This document shows positions 19,020 through 28,288 of a stretch of DNA of 64,000 nt, in pieces. The stretch comes from Candidatus Woesebacteria bacterium (lineage in GTDB: Bacteria; Patescibacteriota; Microgenomatia; UBA1400; PJMF01). The DNA lies in NCBI GenBank assembly GCA_017999345.1, contig JAGNLY010000002.1, positions 4,425 to 68,424 of the forward strand. The letters are read 5' to 3'. Within the stretch, counting starts at the first letter, position 1; each line of letters starts with the position of its first letter. Both the position numbers and the translations under genes were made by a program. Below the pieces are notes generated by a model. It was given only the letters and a program-made list of their open reading frames with translations, was not told the DNA's origin and did not search any database.

Positions 19020-19667
19020 TTAAGAAATTTTTAACTTTTCGCAAACAGTCTGCCAAATTTGGTCTTCAACTTGATCAACAGTTTTTGAGGCATCGATAAT
19101 TTGCCATCTTTTAGATTTATCTTTATTTGCCAATTCTAAATATGCTTTTCTAACCTTGTTATGAAAGTTTTTTGCCTCCATATCTAGGCGGTTCATTGTG
19201 CCAGAATTTTCTCTTCTCTTCAGGCCTTTGGCAACTGGAACATCAAGTAAAAGAGTGAGGTCAGGCAATGTTTTGTTTGTAGAAATATTATTAAGCTGCT
19301 CAATCATTTTTTTGCCAAATCCTCTAACCATGCCCTGATAAACCACCGAGCTATCTCTTGATCGATCCATCACCACTACATTTCCAGCTTCAATTGATGG
19401 TAAGACCAATTCTTGATAAATCTGAGCTCTAGCCGCTTGAAACAATAAAACCTCTGTTGTAAATCCAATATTGTTATTTTTTGCAGATAAAACGACTTCT
19501 CTAATTTGTTCGCTAATTTTTGTACCACCGGGCTCTCTAAAACTTACCACCGACTTGCCAGCTGCTTTAAGTCTCTGACACAATTTTGCAGATTGGGTTG
19601 TTTTACCGCCACCTTCTCCACCTTCCAATGTTATTAAGAAACCTTTTTTAGAATTCGTATTTATCAT
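19020..19667 (-). CDS. tmk: thymidylate kinase
   Basis: ITLEGGEGGGKTTQ P-loop, DRSRDSSVVYQG, LID region; 215 aa. Confidence 0.9.
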   Translation of the reverse strand: MINTNSKKGFLITLEGGEGGGKTTQSAKLCQRLKAAGKSVVSFREPGGTKISEQIREVVLSAKNNNIGFTTEVLLFQAARAQIYQELVLPSIEAGNVVVMDRSRDSSVVYQGMVRGFGKKMIEQLNNISTNKTLPDLTLLLDVPVAKGLKRRENSGTMNRLDMEAKNFHNKVRKAYLELANKDKSKRWQIIDASKTVDQVEDQIWQTVCEKLKIS

Positions 19668-19672
19668 ATTTT

Positions 19673-20647
19673 CTATTCAAGCCTGCTATTTACTATTTTT
19701 TCTTGAGCTAATCTTAACACTTCAATAATAGCATAAGGAGCTCCTGATATTTGACACATCAAAGCCATTCTCATAGCTACATCATCTTCTTCTGGCAAAA
19801 TATCATATAAATCTGGGTCAAAATAACTACTCACTGCCTCTGGATCATCCCATTCAACTAGCTGTTGAGTAACTCCACCTCCACCCATATCTGGATAAAT
19901 TTGAACCTCCTCTAGTGAGTCAAGATCAATATCAATATGTAACTCAATTAATCTTTTGCTTATTTTAACAATTTCACCATTCAAAGCGTTCAAAACCGCA
20001 ACTCCATTGGTATGTATTATTTGCTCGCTACTTGCATAAAAAATCATTTTATATGCCTCAAGATATTTTTTGACTGCTTCTAAATAAAGTTCTTCATCAT
20101 AGCCTGATTCATGATTGAATTCTTCTTTTTGAGGAAAACCAAAGTCATTTTCTGGCTTGCCCAAAGGAAATTTTGAAGAGCTTGGTTTGTCTACCGTATC
20201 TGTACTTACAATTAATACTTTTCTTCCTTTATAAATTTCATATAAATCCTCTACCTTGTTGACGGCTTCCTGATATGGATCTTCATTAGAACTAGTCTCA
20301 CCATTGCTTGGCTCAGCATAAAACTCCAAGCCATATAAATAACCTAAAAATGTCTTTTCCTTGAGAGAGCCATTGCCGTTATAAATGTTATCGTTAAAAT
20401 ATCTTTGAAGCTCTAGTGGACCAGTTATTTCTAAAAAGTTGCCAGCTTTATCATAAACTTTAAACGAGAAGTCATTCATTTGAGCGACCATCATTAATGC
20501 TTTTCTAACACTTCCTGTAGCAATAATAACTTCTTCTGGAGGTTCACCGCTCCAAAACTCAATATCTTTTGCAGTTATCTCCTGTTTTTCCTCACGGTCT
20601 GGAATATCGATGTATTTTTCAACTAGGTTATTGGTTTCTCTTGTCAT
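19673..20647 (-). CDS. Maf-like nucleoside triphosphate pyrophosphatase, divergent with insertions
   Basis: IIATGSVRK (cf. ASxSPRR), LIVSTDTVDK..LGKP (cf. gaDTvv..gKP), MGGGGVTQQL (cf. GaYgIQ); 5 nt downstream lies tmk. Confidence 0.4.
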   Translation of the reverse strand: MTRETNNLVEKYIDIPDREEKQEITAKDIEFWSGEPPEEVIIATGSVRKALMMVAQMNDFSFKVYDKAGNFLEITGPLELQRYFNDNIYNGNGSLKEKTFLGYLYGLEFYAEPSNGETSSNEDPYQEAVNKVEDLYEIYKGRKVLIVSTDTVDKPSSSKFPLGKPENDFGFPQKEEFNHESGYDEELYLEAVKKYLEAYKMIFYASSEQIIHTNGVAVLNALNGEIVKISKRLIELHIDIDLDSLEEVQIYPDMGGGGVTQQLVEWDDPEAVSSYFDPDLYDILPEEDDVAMRMALMCQISGAPYAIIEVLRLAQEKIVNSRLE

Positions 20648-20878
20648 TTTATTTTAAATTAGTAATTTCTAATTTATGCTTAAAATGTAACTAAACCACA
20701 ACATGTTGTATGTATGCAATAGGTAAAAAACAAAATGATGTATTTGTCGCTGATCTATAAACCAAATTTTAAGTTTTGAACAAGTTTGAATTTTTTAGAA
20801 AAAAACCAACTATTTGGGAAATATTTGTATTATTAAATTAACAAATTAAACTTTGACTTGATTTTATACAAGTAAAAA

Positions 20879-21331
20879 CTATATTTTGCCAGTTGAACCA
20901 AAACCACCTCTGTCTGGATCATCAAAATCATCTGAGATTTCAATTTTCACTGGTTCTCGATACATTACGATTAATTGAACCACTCGCTCAGCCTTTTCAA
21001 TTAACACATCTTGATCTGTGAAGTTGTAAACTGCGGCCAAGTATTCATCATTTGGACCTCGATAATCATAGTCCCCGACACCAACGCCGTTGGCAAGAAT
21101 TAAGCCTCTTTTGTGCAATGAACTTCTGGCTGAAATCATCGCCCAGTGGTTTTCCGGAAGCTGCAAGGCAATATTTAATGGAATATAGCCAACACTCTTG
21201 GCAGGTATTTTCGTTTCAAGCCTTGCATACAGATCTACCGCAGCCGCACCTTTCGTTTTATATTCTGGTTTTGGCAAAGATTTATCAAAAAGTTTAACTT
21301 TTAGGGTAATATTATCAGTAGAATTCGTCAT
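20879..21331 (-). CDS. dut: dUTP diphosphatase
   Basis: GAAAVDLYA, ARSSL, GVGDYDYRG and C-terminal RGGFGSTGK dUTPase motifs. Confidence 0.9.
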   Translation of the reverse strand: MTNSTDNITLKVKLFDKSLPKPEYKTKGAAAVDLYARLETKIPAKSVGYIPLNIALQLPENHWAMISARSSLHKRGLILANGVGVGDYDYRGPNDEYLAAVYNFTDQDVLIEKAERVVQLIVMYREPVKIEISDDFDDPDRGGFGSTGKI

Positions 21332-21388
21332 TTGTTTGGTTCTTTCTAAGTTTTTATTATTGAAATTTTGCCGATTAATAACGGGGAT

Positions 21389-21898
21389 TTATCGAACAAC
21401 TTTGTAGTGCATTACTTTTGTTTGTTCTGATAAATCAATTATTTCAATAAGGTTTAAATTTTGATTAATTGGGGTTTGAAAAAGTTTTATGCCTTCACCA
21501 AATACAATTGGCTCTACAGTCAAATAAAGCTCATCCACTAAGCCTTCTTTCATAAATTGTGTGTAAACACTAGAACCACCAGAAATTGCAACTTCTTGCT
21601 GTCCAGAATCTGAAAGCTCTTTAATTATCTCCTTGAGACTTCTACTTTCTGCCACCACTTGGCTAGAATCAAACTGATCGTATTTTTGAGATTTGGTTAA
21701 AACAATAATTTTTCTGCCTGGAAGAGGTTTGCCAATTGTTGCAAAAGTTGTTGAACCCATAATTAAGACACCAACTTTTTTGGTAAAATCAATAAAAAAT
21801 CTAGTATCTTCCCTACTCGTCCACTTGAGAGAAGATTGCTGAGTATTTTGTGCAATAAAACCATCGGCAGTAATAGAAGCGATCAGTGTAACTTTCAT
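21389..21898 (-). CDS. dihydrofolate reductase-like protein (RibD C-terminal domain family)
   Basis: MKVTLIASITADGFIA.., GSTTFATIG, ISGGSSVYTQF pattern of RibD_C/DHFR-like reductases; sits in the thymidylate cluster; ATG 21898 preferred over 21919. Confidence 0.6.
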   Translation of the reverse strand: MKVTLIASITADGFIAQNTQQSSLKWTSREDTRFFIDFTKKVGVLIMGSTTFATIGKPLPGRKIIVLTKSQKYDQFDSSQVVAESRSLKEIIKELSDSGQQEVAISGGSSVYTQFMKEGLVDELYLTVEPIVFGEGIKLFQTPINQNLNLIEIIDLSEQTKVMHYKVVR

Positions 21899-21940
21899 AG
21901 CTTGCACATATGGTAGCACAACAGATAAACATATAGTAGG

Positions 21941-22510
21941 ATGCTAGGAGTTATGAAAAATGGACATAAAATAATTACGGACTACCAAAAAATACCTGCT
22001 TTAATCAAAAAATATAAAAGTTCAGGCAAAAGAATAGTAGTCACCTCCGGCTCTTTTGACATGTTGCACATCGGACATTGCAGATACCTATGTGATGCCA
22101 AAAAGTTTGGAGATGTGCTTTTTGTGGGTGTAGACGGTGACGAAAAAATTAGAAGCCGCAAAGGTCCAGATCGACCAGTTGTTCCTGAAGAAGAAAGATT
22201 AGAGATGCTCACATATGTCGAAGATGTTGACCATGTGGTTCTAAAAAATTTGGGCAGACCAAAGTGGGAACTAATAAAATTAGTTAAGCCTGATGTGTTG
22301 GTTACAATTGATGAAACATATGACAAAGAACAACTAGATCAACTTAAAAGTCTTTGTGGAGAAATTAAAATTCTTGGTAGACGCGCAACCACATCAACAA
22401 GTGCTAAAATTAGACTTGTGCAAATTGGAGCAGAAAAAAAGATAACTAAGACTATTTCTAAACGCTTAATTTCCACTATGGAAAAAATGCTTGAAGAATT
22501 AAAAGATTAA
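21941..22510 (+). CDS. cytidylyltransferase-like nucleotidyltransferase (RfaE domain II / TagD-like)
   Basis: RIVVTSGSFDMLHIGHCRYL (strand + HxGH), GDVLFVGVDGDEKIRSRKGPDRPV closely follows the RfaE-II/heptose-1-P adenylyltransferase pattern. Confidence 0.7.
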   Translation: MLGVMKNGHKIITDYQKIPALIKKYKSSGKRIVVTSGSFDMLHIGHCRYLCDAKKFGDVLFVGVDGDEKIRSRKGPDRPVVPEEERLEMLTYVEDVDHVVLKNLGRPKWELIKLVKPDVLVTIDETYDKEQLDQLKSLCGEIKILGRRATTSTSAKIRLVQIGAEKKITKTISKRLISTMEKMLEELKD

Positions 22511-22519
22511 ATCAAAAAA

Positions 22520-23380
22520 ATGACAGAAAAACAAAATATTCCAAAAATAATCATCTATTTACCAGTCATACATGCCGGCTATATAAATTTTTTAAAGCAA
22601 TATCAAAATAATGACATTTATATAATTGATGACTCAATGATCAAGCTGATTGATCAAGAATTTGACTATTTAAGAAAAGAAATTAGGGCAATTAATCCAA
22701 ATGACGCCGCAATAGGTTTAAAAGCTATTTTTCCTGACAGAGAGATATCCTTGCTCTCGGCTGAAGACTTCGTGCAGATGGCAAATAATGAATTTATCAT
22801 GCCAAAAGAAGATATTTTTATCTGGCTTGCCAAAAAATATTTATCACCTGATCGTGTTGAGTTTTCGACCACGTTTTTAAGATGGAATCGAGATAATACA
22901 GATCAAAAAAGTGATCCAGAGCCATCTTCCACAGAATCTGTAGATAAATTTTCACAAGAAATAATGAAACGCACAAACTTAGAAAAAGAACTTAGTTCTG
23001 ACTGGTGGAGACAAGTAGCGGCAATCTTAATAAAGGACGAAAAAATTATTTCAATTGCTCATAATCAACATTTGCCAAGCCCATACGGCCCATACATTAA
23101 TAGCGATCCAAGAAATAGTTTTCACAAGGGAGAAAATATCGATCTTTCAACCGCAATCCATGCAGAAGCCGCAATTATTTCTTCAGCTGCAAAAGATGGA
23201 ATTGTTACTAAATCAGCTCAAATGTATGTCAGCACCTTCCCATGTCCAACTTGCGCAAAATTAATTGCAGCTAGTGGCATATCAAAATTATATTTTAGTG
23301 AGGGTTATTCTGTTCTTGATGGAGATAAAATTTTGAAAGATGCAGGTGTTGAAGTTATTAAAATTCCACCAGCACTTTAA
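22520..23380 (+). CDS. deoxycytidylate (dCMP) deaminase with about 150-aa N-terminal extra domain
   Basis: C-terminal half has HAEAAII and PCPTCAKLI (zinc-binding H-A-E / PCxxC); N-terminal half IIIYLPVIHAGYINFL is not part of standard ComEB. Confidence 0.8.
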   Translation: MTEKQNIPKIIIYLPVIHAGYINFLKQYQNNDIYIIDDSMIKLIDQEFDYLRKEIRAINPNDAAIGLKAIFPDREISLLSAEDFVQMANNEFIMPKEDIFIWLAKKYLSPDRVEFSTTFLRWNRDNTDQKSDPEPSSTESVDKFSQEIMKRTNLEKELSSDWWRQVAAILIKDEKIISIAHNQHLPSPYGPYINSDPRNSFHKGENIDLSTAIHAEAAIISSAAKDGIVTKSAQMYVSTFPCPTCAKLIAASGISKLYFSEGYSVLDGDKILKDAGVEVIKIPPAL

Positions 23381-23417
23381 CGTCTCCTAAACTTAAGTTG
23401 CTTGATCCAACCGAAAA

Positions 23418-23864
23418 TTAATCTTTGCCGATTTTAATTCTAACTGGCTCATAATCTGGAGCATCAAGATCAGGCTGAACAAACTGAACATGAATGTGAT
23501 TAACTGAAGCTGCAGAGTAATTAGTGTCACCAAAACGCATTGACCAACCACCACCTGGAACTTTGAATTCTTCTTCTGCCCACTTTAGTAAATCGAGTAA
23601 TTCTTTGCCTGATTCTGAGTCAATTCCAGCCAAATCTATTTTGTGGTCTCTATAAATAACAAGTAGATGTAATTTGGTGCTTTTGTATGGCCATTGGTTC
23701 TTGGTTACAATCCAGTATTTTCCCTCTTTTATGATCGGCTCTTTGTGATATTTTCTCAAATTTTCAAGACAAAAAGGACAATGATCTGCCTTTATGATCT
23801 GCTTCATAATTTCTTTTTGATCTTCTTCCCTAGCATTATCTAAATCAACAAATTGTTTTTTCAT
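23418..23864 (-). CDS. HIT-superfamily nucleotide hydrolase/transferase (HxHxQ branch)
   Basis: CPFC near the N-terminus and NHIHVQFV (H-x-H-x-Q as in the GalT/Ap4A-phosphorylase-like HIT branch); 148 aa. Confidence 0.6.
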   Translation of the reverse strand: MKKQFVDLDNAREEDQKEIMKQIIKADHCPFCLENLRKYHKEPIIKEGKYWIVTKNQWPYKSTKLHLLVIYRDHKIDLAGIDSESGKELLDLLKWAEEEFKVPGGGWSMRFGDTNYSAASVNHIHVQFVQPDLDAPDYEPVRIKIGKD

Positions 23865-23914
23865 ATTTTTATCAGAATTTCCTATTCTAGGAAAAATATC
23901 TTATCTATATCTCT

Positions 23915-24796
23915 CTAAATCGCCACTGGAATATCCCAAATTCCTGGATGTGGATCATAATCTTCTAATTCGAAATCCTCTACCCTGAAGTCAAAAATTG
24001 ATTTTTTACCATCGCCGACGTTCATTTTCATGGTTGGCAAAGTTTTATCTTCACGTCCAAGCATTTCTTTGACATGATCTATTTGATCAACAAACATGTG
24101 GGCATCCGAAAAACTATGAATGTATTCATAAGCTTCGTAACCCGTTACATGCGCAATCATCATCGTTAAAGCCGCATATTGAGCCAAATTTGCTGGCAAA
24201 CCAATTGGAGTATCACTACTGCGTTGGAACATGTGTAGCGTGAGCTTATTATCAATGATTCTAATATGTATCCAGCCATGGCATGGACAAACCACAACTT
24301 TTTGCTGTTTTCCTTCTCCTCTGATCGTGTATTGAGGAATCCAAGGAGTAATAAAGTGAGTTCTCAAGTGAGGTTGCTCTTTGATTTGTTCGATTATATT
24401 TTTGAATTGGTTGTAAGTTCCACCCTCCGATGTTGGAAAGTCATGAAAAGCTGCCCCGTAGCTTCCAGGACCCATATCTCCTGGCTCCAAACCTCTTTTT
24501 TTGCATTTAGCATCTGTAACCCAATATTTCCACCATCTGCAACCATAACTTTCGAGCTCTGCTTGAGTACGTGCACCATTTACAAATCCAATAATTTCAC
24601 CAATTGCTTGACCCCAAATCTTCTTGCTAATTTTTCTTTCAGTAATAATTGGAAATCCATTTGAAAGTCTAAATCTCAATGACTGAGGTGCCATGAGAGT
24701 GAGCGCATCAACTTCTTGCTGAGATTTGGTAACAGTACCATTCTCCAGTATTTCTCTTAGAAGTCTTTTGTATTGTGAATCTGGTGTTTTATTCAT
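23915..24796 (-). CDS. thyA: thymidylate synthase (ThyA type)
   Basis: 293 aa; CPCHGW (catalytic Cys), MFQRSSDTPIGLPANLAQYA, C-terminal ..IPVAI. Confidence 0.9.
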   Translation of the reverse strand: MNKTPDSQYKRLLREILENGTVTKSQQEVDALTLMAPQSLRFRLSNGFPIITERKISKKIWGQAIGEIIGFVNGARTQAELESYGCRWWKYWVTDAKCKKRGLEPGDMGPGSYGAAFHDFPTSEGGTYNQFKNIIEQIKEQPHLRTHFITPWIPQYTIRGEGKQQKVVVCPCHGWIHIRIIDNKLTLHMFQRSSDTPIGLPANLAQYAALTMMIAHVTGYEAYEYIHSFSDAHMFVDQIDHVKEMLGREDKTLPTMKMNVGDGKKSIFDFRVEDFELEDYDPHPGIWDIPVAI

Positions 24797-24842
24797 TTAT
24801 GCCCTTTGGGTTTGCTAAGAAACTATAACACAAGTTGTTAGC

Positions 24843-27065
24843 CTATTCAGACTTTTTCTTCGCAGATTTTTTCTTTGCTGGCTTCTTGGTTACTTTCTTT
24901 GTCTTTGTAACTTTAGTTTCTTTTTCAGCTACCTTTTTACCATTTCTCTCAGCCCACTTAGCTTTTCTTTCTTCTCTAGCAGCTTGAAGTACCACCCACT
25001 CTTCTTGAGACATCATCTCTCCTTTTTCTGGTTTTTTCCATGACGCCCAATTGCATTTTGGATAATTGCCGCAGCCAAAGAAAGGCTTTCCCCATCTGGT
25101 ATTTTTGATAGTGACTTCACCTTTTTGACAAAGCGGACAGACAACGTCTTCTACTTTTTCAACAATATTTTGAGTAAATTTACACTCGGGGAATCTATTA
25201 CAACTCTTAAATTTTCCAAATCTACCAGATCTAATAACTATCTCTCCGCCGTGTTCTTTGCCACAATCTGGACAAATCTCACCAGTTTTTTCAACAGGAA
25301 TTTGAGTTCTCTCTGCTTTATCCGTAACAGTCTCAATCTTCTTTTCCAAAGGTGTGTAGAAGTCAGCAACAGTTTTGCGCCATTCCTTTTCACCTCTAGA
25401 AATTTTATCTAAATTTTCTTCCATTTCAGCGGTAAAATCATAATCCATCACAATTGGAAAATGTTCTAGTAAAAAATCACTAACAGTCATGCCTACAGCA
25501 CTTGCAAAAAATTTCTTTTGAGTTCTTTCAATATATCCTCGATCAATAATGACTGAGATAATTGAAGCATAAGTACTTGGCCTTCCAATACCACGTTTTT
25601 CTAGCTCCTTAATCAAGGATGCGTCGTTGTATCTAGCCGGTGGTTGCGTAAATTTTTGTGCCGCTGTTTTATCAATAAAATTTAAATTTTCTTCTTCTTT
25701 CAAATCTGGTAATAAAATATCTTCTCTGTTTGGAAACAACCTCATCCAACCATCAAATTTTAAAATCGAACCAGATGTTCTTAGTGTTCCATATTTTGGC
25801 CCAACATTTTTTGTATTTTTAAAACCAATCTTAACAGAAGTTTGACTGTATAAAGCTTTGTCCATTTGACTTGCTACATACCTTCTCCAGATTAAATCAT
25901 AAAGCTTTACATGTTGAGGAGTAAACCTAGCACTTTTTTGCATGATATCACTGGCTTGTATTGAAATATCAGTGACACGAATTGCTTCATGAGCCTCTTG
26001 AGCATTCTTGCTTTTTTTGTCAAAAATATTTTGAGTCTTTGGAAGATACTCATTACCATATTCTTTTATGATAAACTCTCTCGCCATGTTAATTGCTGTA
26101 TCTGACAAATTAACAGAGTCTGTACGATGATATGTGATCAAACCTTCTTCATATAATTGTTGAGCTAAACTCATTGTTTGCTTACCACTATATCCAAAAC
26201 TCGTGGCAGATTTTTGTTGCATTGTAGAAGTAGTAAATGGTGCCAAACTAACTCTACTTCGATCTTTTCTTTCGATACTCTCAACTTTGTATTCTGCAGT
26301 ATCTAATACATCTAAAACTGGAGTCACGACTCCTTCTGTTTTTGGTTCAAATTTATTTCCCTCAACTGATACAACTCTTGAAACAAAAATAGATTCATCA
26401 AGATCTTCAATAAATTTAGATTCTTGTGTGAAGGCAGCTGTATTTGAGATATTTTTTGCACTTAAAGCTACATCGAGTTCCCAATATTCTTCTGGTTTGA
26501 AAGCTTCAATTTCTCTTTCCTTCTCAACTATTAAGCGTAAAGCAACTGACTGAACTCTTCCTGCAGACAACCCTCTACGTACTTTTTTCCATAAAACTGG
26601 CGACAACTTGTAACCAACAAGCCTATCAACAACTCTTCTGGCTTGTTGAGCATTAACCATATCCATACTTAGCTCTGTAGGATTTTCAATTGCTTTCAAA
26701 ACAGCAGCTTTGGTAATTTCATGGAACGTTGCTCTTAGGAACTTGGCTTTAGTTTTAAATTTGCCTGTAGTATTCTCTAAAACATATTTAACATGCCAAG
26801 CAATTGCCTCTCCCTCACGGTCAGGGTCAGTTGCTAAATAAATTATGTCTGCTTTAGCGGCTTGAGTTCTCAACGTACTTACGACTTTATTTTTGTCTTT
26901 AGAAATTGCATAAGTTGGCTCAAAATTATTCTCTGTGTCCACTGAAAGGCCGGTTTTTGGCAAATCTCTAATATGACCAACTGATGCCTCAACCACAAAG
27001 TCTTTTCCCAAGAATTTCGTTAGTTTTCTTGCTTTTGTAGGTGATTCAACAATTACTAAATTCAT
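24843..27065 (-). CDS. topA: DNA topoisomerase I
   Basis: Toprim LVIVESPTKA, DPDREGE, active-site ITYHRTDS, C-terminal CxxC zinc ribbons and Lys-rich tail; 740 aa. Confidence 0.95.
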   Translation of the reverse strand: MNLVIVESPTKARKLTKFLGKDFVVEASVGHIRDLPKTGLSVDTENNFEPTYAISKDKNKVVSTLRTQAAKADIIYLATDPDREGEAIAWHVKYVLENTTGKFKTKAKFLRATFHEITKAAVLKAIENPTELSMDMVNAQQARRVVDRLVGYKLSPVLWKKVRRGLSAGRVQSVALRLIVEKEREIEAFKPEEYWELDVALSAKNISNTAAFTQESKFIEDLDESIFVSRVVSVEGNKFEPKTEGVVTPVLDVLDTAEYKVESIERKDRSRVSLAPFTTSTMQQKSATSFGYSGKQTMSLAQQLYEEGLITYHRTDSVNLSDTAINMAREFIIKEYGNEYLPKTQNIFDKKSKNAQEAHEAIRVTDISIQASDIMQKSARFTPQHVKLYDLIWRRYVASQMDKALYSQTSVKIGFKNTKNVGPKYGTLRTSGSILKFDGWMRLFPNREDILLPDLKEEENLNFIDKTAAQKFTQPPARYNDASLIKELEKRGIGRPSTYASIISVIIDRGYIERTQKKFFASAVGMTVSDFLLEHFPIVMDYDFTAEMEENLDKISRGEKEWRKTVADFYTPLEKKIETVTDKAERTQIPVEKTGEICPDCGKEHGGEIVIRSGRFGKFKSCNRFPECKFTQNIVEKVEDVVCPLCQKGEVTIKNTRWGKPFFGCGNYPKCNWASWKKPEKGEMMSQEEWVVLQAAREERKAKWAERNGKKVAEKETKVTKTKKVTKKPAKKKSAKKKSE

Positions 27066-27124
27066 ATTTTACTTTCTATCGACACTTCATTATTCGGACT
27101 ATTATAAAGCAAGTAGCCCCAAAT

Positions 27125-28261
27125 TTATAATTTTAAACTTATAATATTATCAGCAACATTAACAATACCATTAATTTCCAATAAAGTAATTTCTGTAAAT
27201 AGCTTATCTACATCGATTCCGGTTAGATCTGCCAAGGAGCCAATCGAAAGTGGTTCTATTTTTAATTTATCCACTATTTGTCTTTGATTTTCTGCCAAGT
27301 TATCATAATTTTTTTCTTCAATCGGTCCAGTGTACTCTGAGTTAAGTTGCTGTATAACATCAAAGCCTGAAGTAATCAACGTAGCCCCTTGATTAATCAG
27401 ATATTTTGTTCCTTCAGAAAATGGATTATTAATTGGCCCAGGGACGGCAAAAACTTCTCTACCTTCATTGATAGCGCACTGCACGGTAATATGGCTTCCA
27501 CTTTTCTTGGCTGCCTCAACAACTACTACTCCTTTACTTAGTCCGGCGACAATCCTATTTCTTGAGGGAAAATTGCCAACAGCTGGCTCAACGTCTGGTA
27601 AATATTCAGTGATAAAACAACCTCCTGAATTAATGATTTTATCAAAATATTTTTGGTGACTTTTGGGATACATATGATCAAATCCAAAACCCAAAACTGC
27701 AACTGTCGAACCTCCATTTTCTATTGCCTCAAGGTGAGCCAGAAGATCAACGCCATACATAAAGCCTGAAGCAATTGAAAAGCCGCCAGCTACCAGATCT
27801 TCAACAATTTTTTTGGTTGCAAACTTGCCATAATCTGTAATTCTTCTTGTGCCAACAACTCCAATAAAATCGTTATGTAAAATACTAATATCGCCTTTAG
27901 CAAATAACACAACTGGAAAATCATCGCACTGCTTTAATAACTTTGGATACTCATTTTCCCAAAAGAAAACTACCCGAATATTCTTATTTATGATCGAATC
28001 ATATAGAGAATAACTTAGTTGATCTTTATATATATTTTTTATGCTATCAATAGATTTATTTGATAACTGACATTTTTCCCAAATATTCAATTTATTCACC
28101 CAAAAGTCACTAAAATTGAGTTCGTATTTTATTAGGTGCAAAAGAATCTTTTTGATTGTTTGTCTGCCCACTCCGACTATCAAAAAAAGTGATAGAACAA
28201 ATTCCTTATCTCTTTTGGAAAAACTAAAATTAGAATCTACGAGTTCTTGCTCAACTTTCAT
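27125..28261 (-). CDS. dprA: DNA processing protein DprA (Smf)
   Basis: IGVVGTRRITDYG, GGSTVAVLGFG, SGSHITV Rossmann-like DprA core plus C-terminal winged-helix-like tail. Confidence 0.9.
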   Translation of the reverse strand: MKVEQELVDSNFSFSKRDKEFVLSLFLIVGVGRQTIKKILLHLIKYELNFSDFWVNKLNIWEKCQLSNKSIDSIKNIYKDQLSYSLYDSIINKNIRVVFFWENEYPKLLKQCDDFPVVLFAKGDISILHNDFIGVVGTRRITDYGKFATKKIVEDLVAGGFSIASGFMYGVDLLAHLEAIENGGSTVAVLGFGFDHMYPKSHQKYFDKIINSGGCFITEYLPDVEPAVGNFPSRNRIVAGLSKGVVVVEAAKKSGSHITVQCAINEGREVFAVPGPINNPFSEGTKYLINQGATLITSGFDVIQQLNSEYTGPIEEKNYDNLAENQRQIVDKLKIEPLSIGSLADLTGIDVDKLFTEITLLEINGIVNVADNIISLKL

Positions 28262-28288
28262 AATAAGCCAAGCATATTCCTGAATTCT

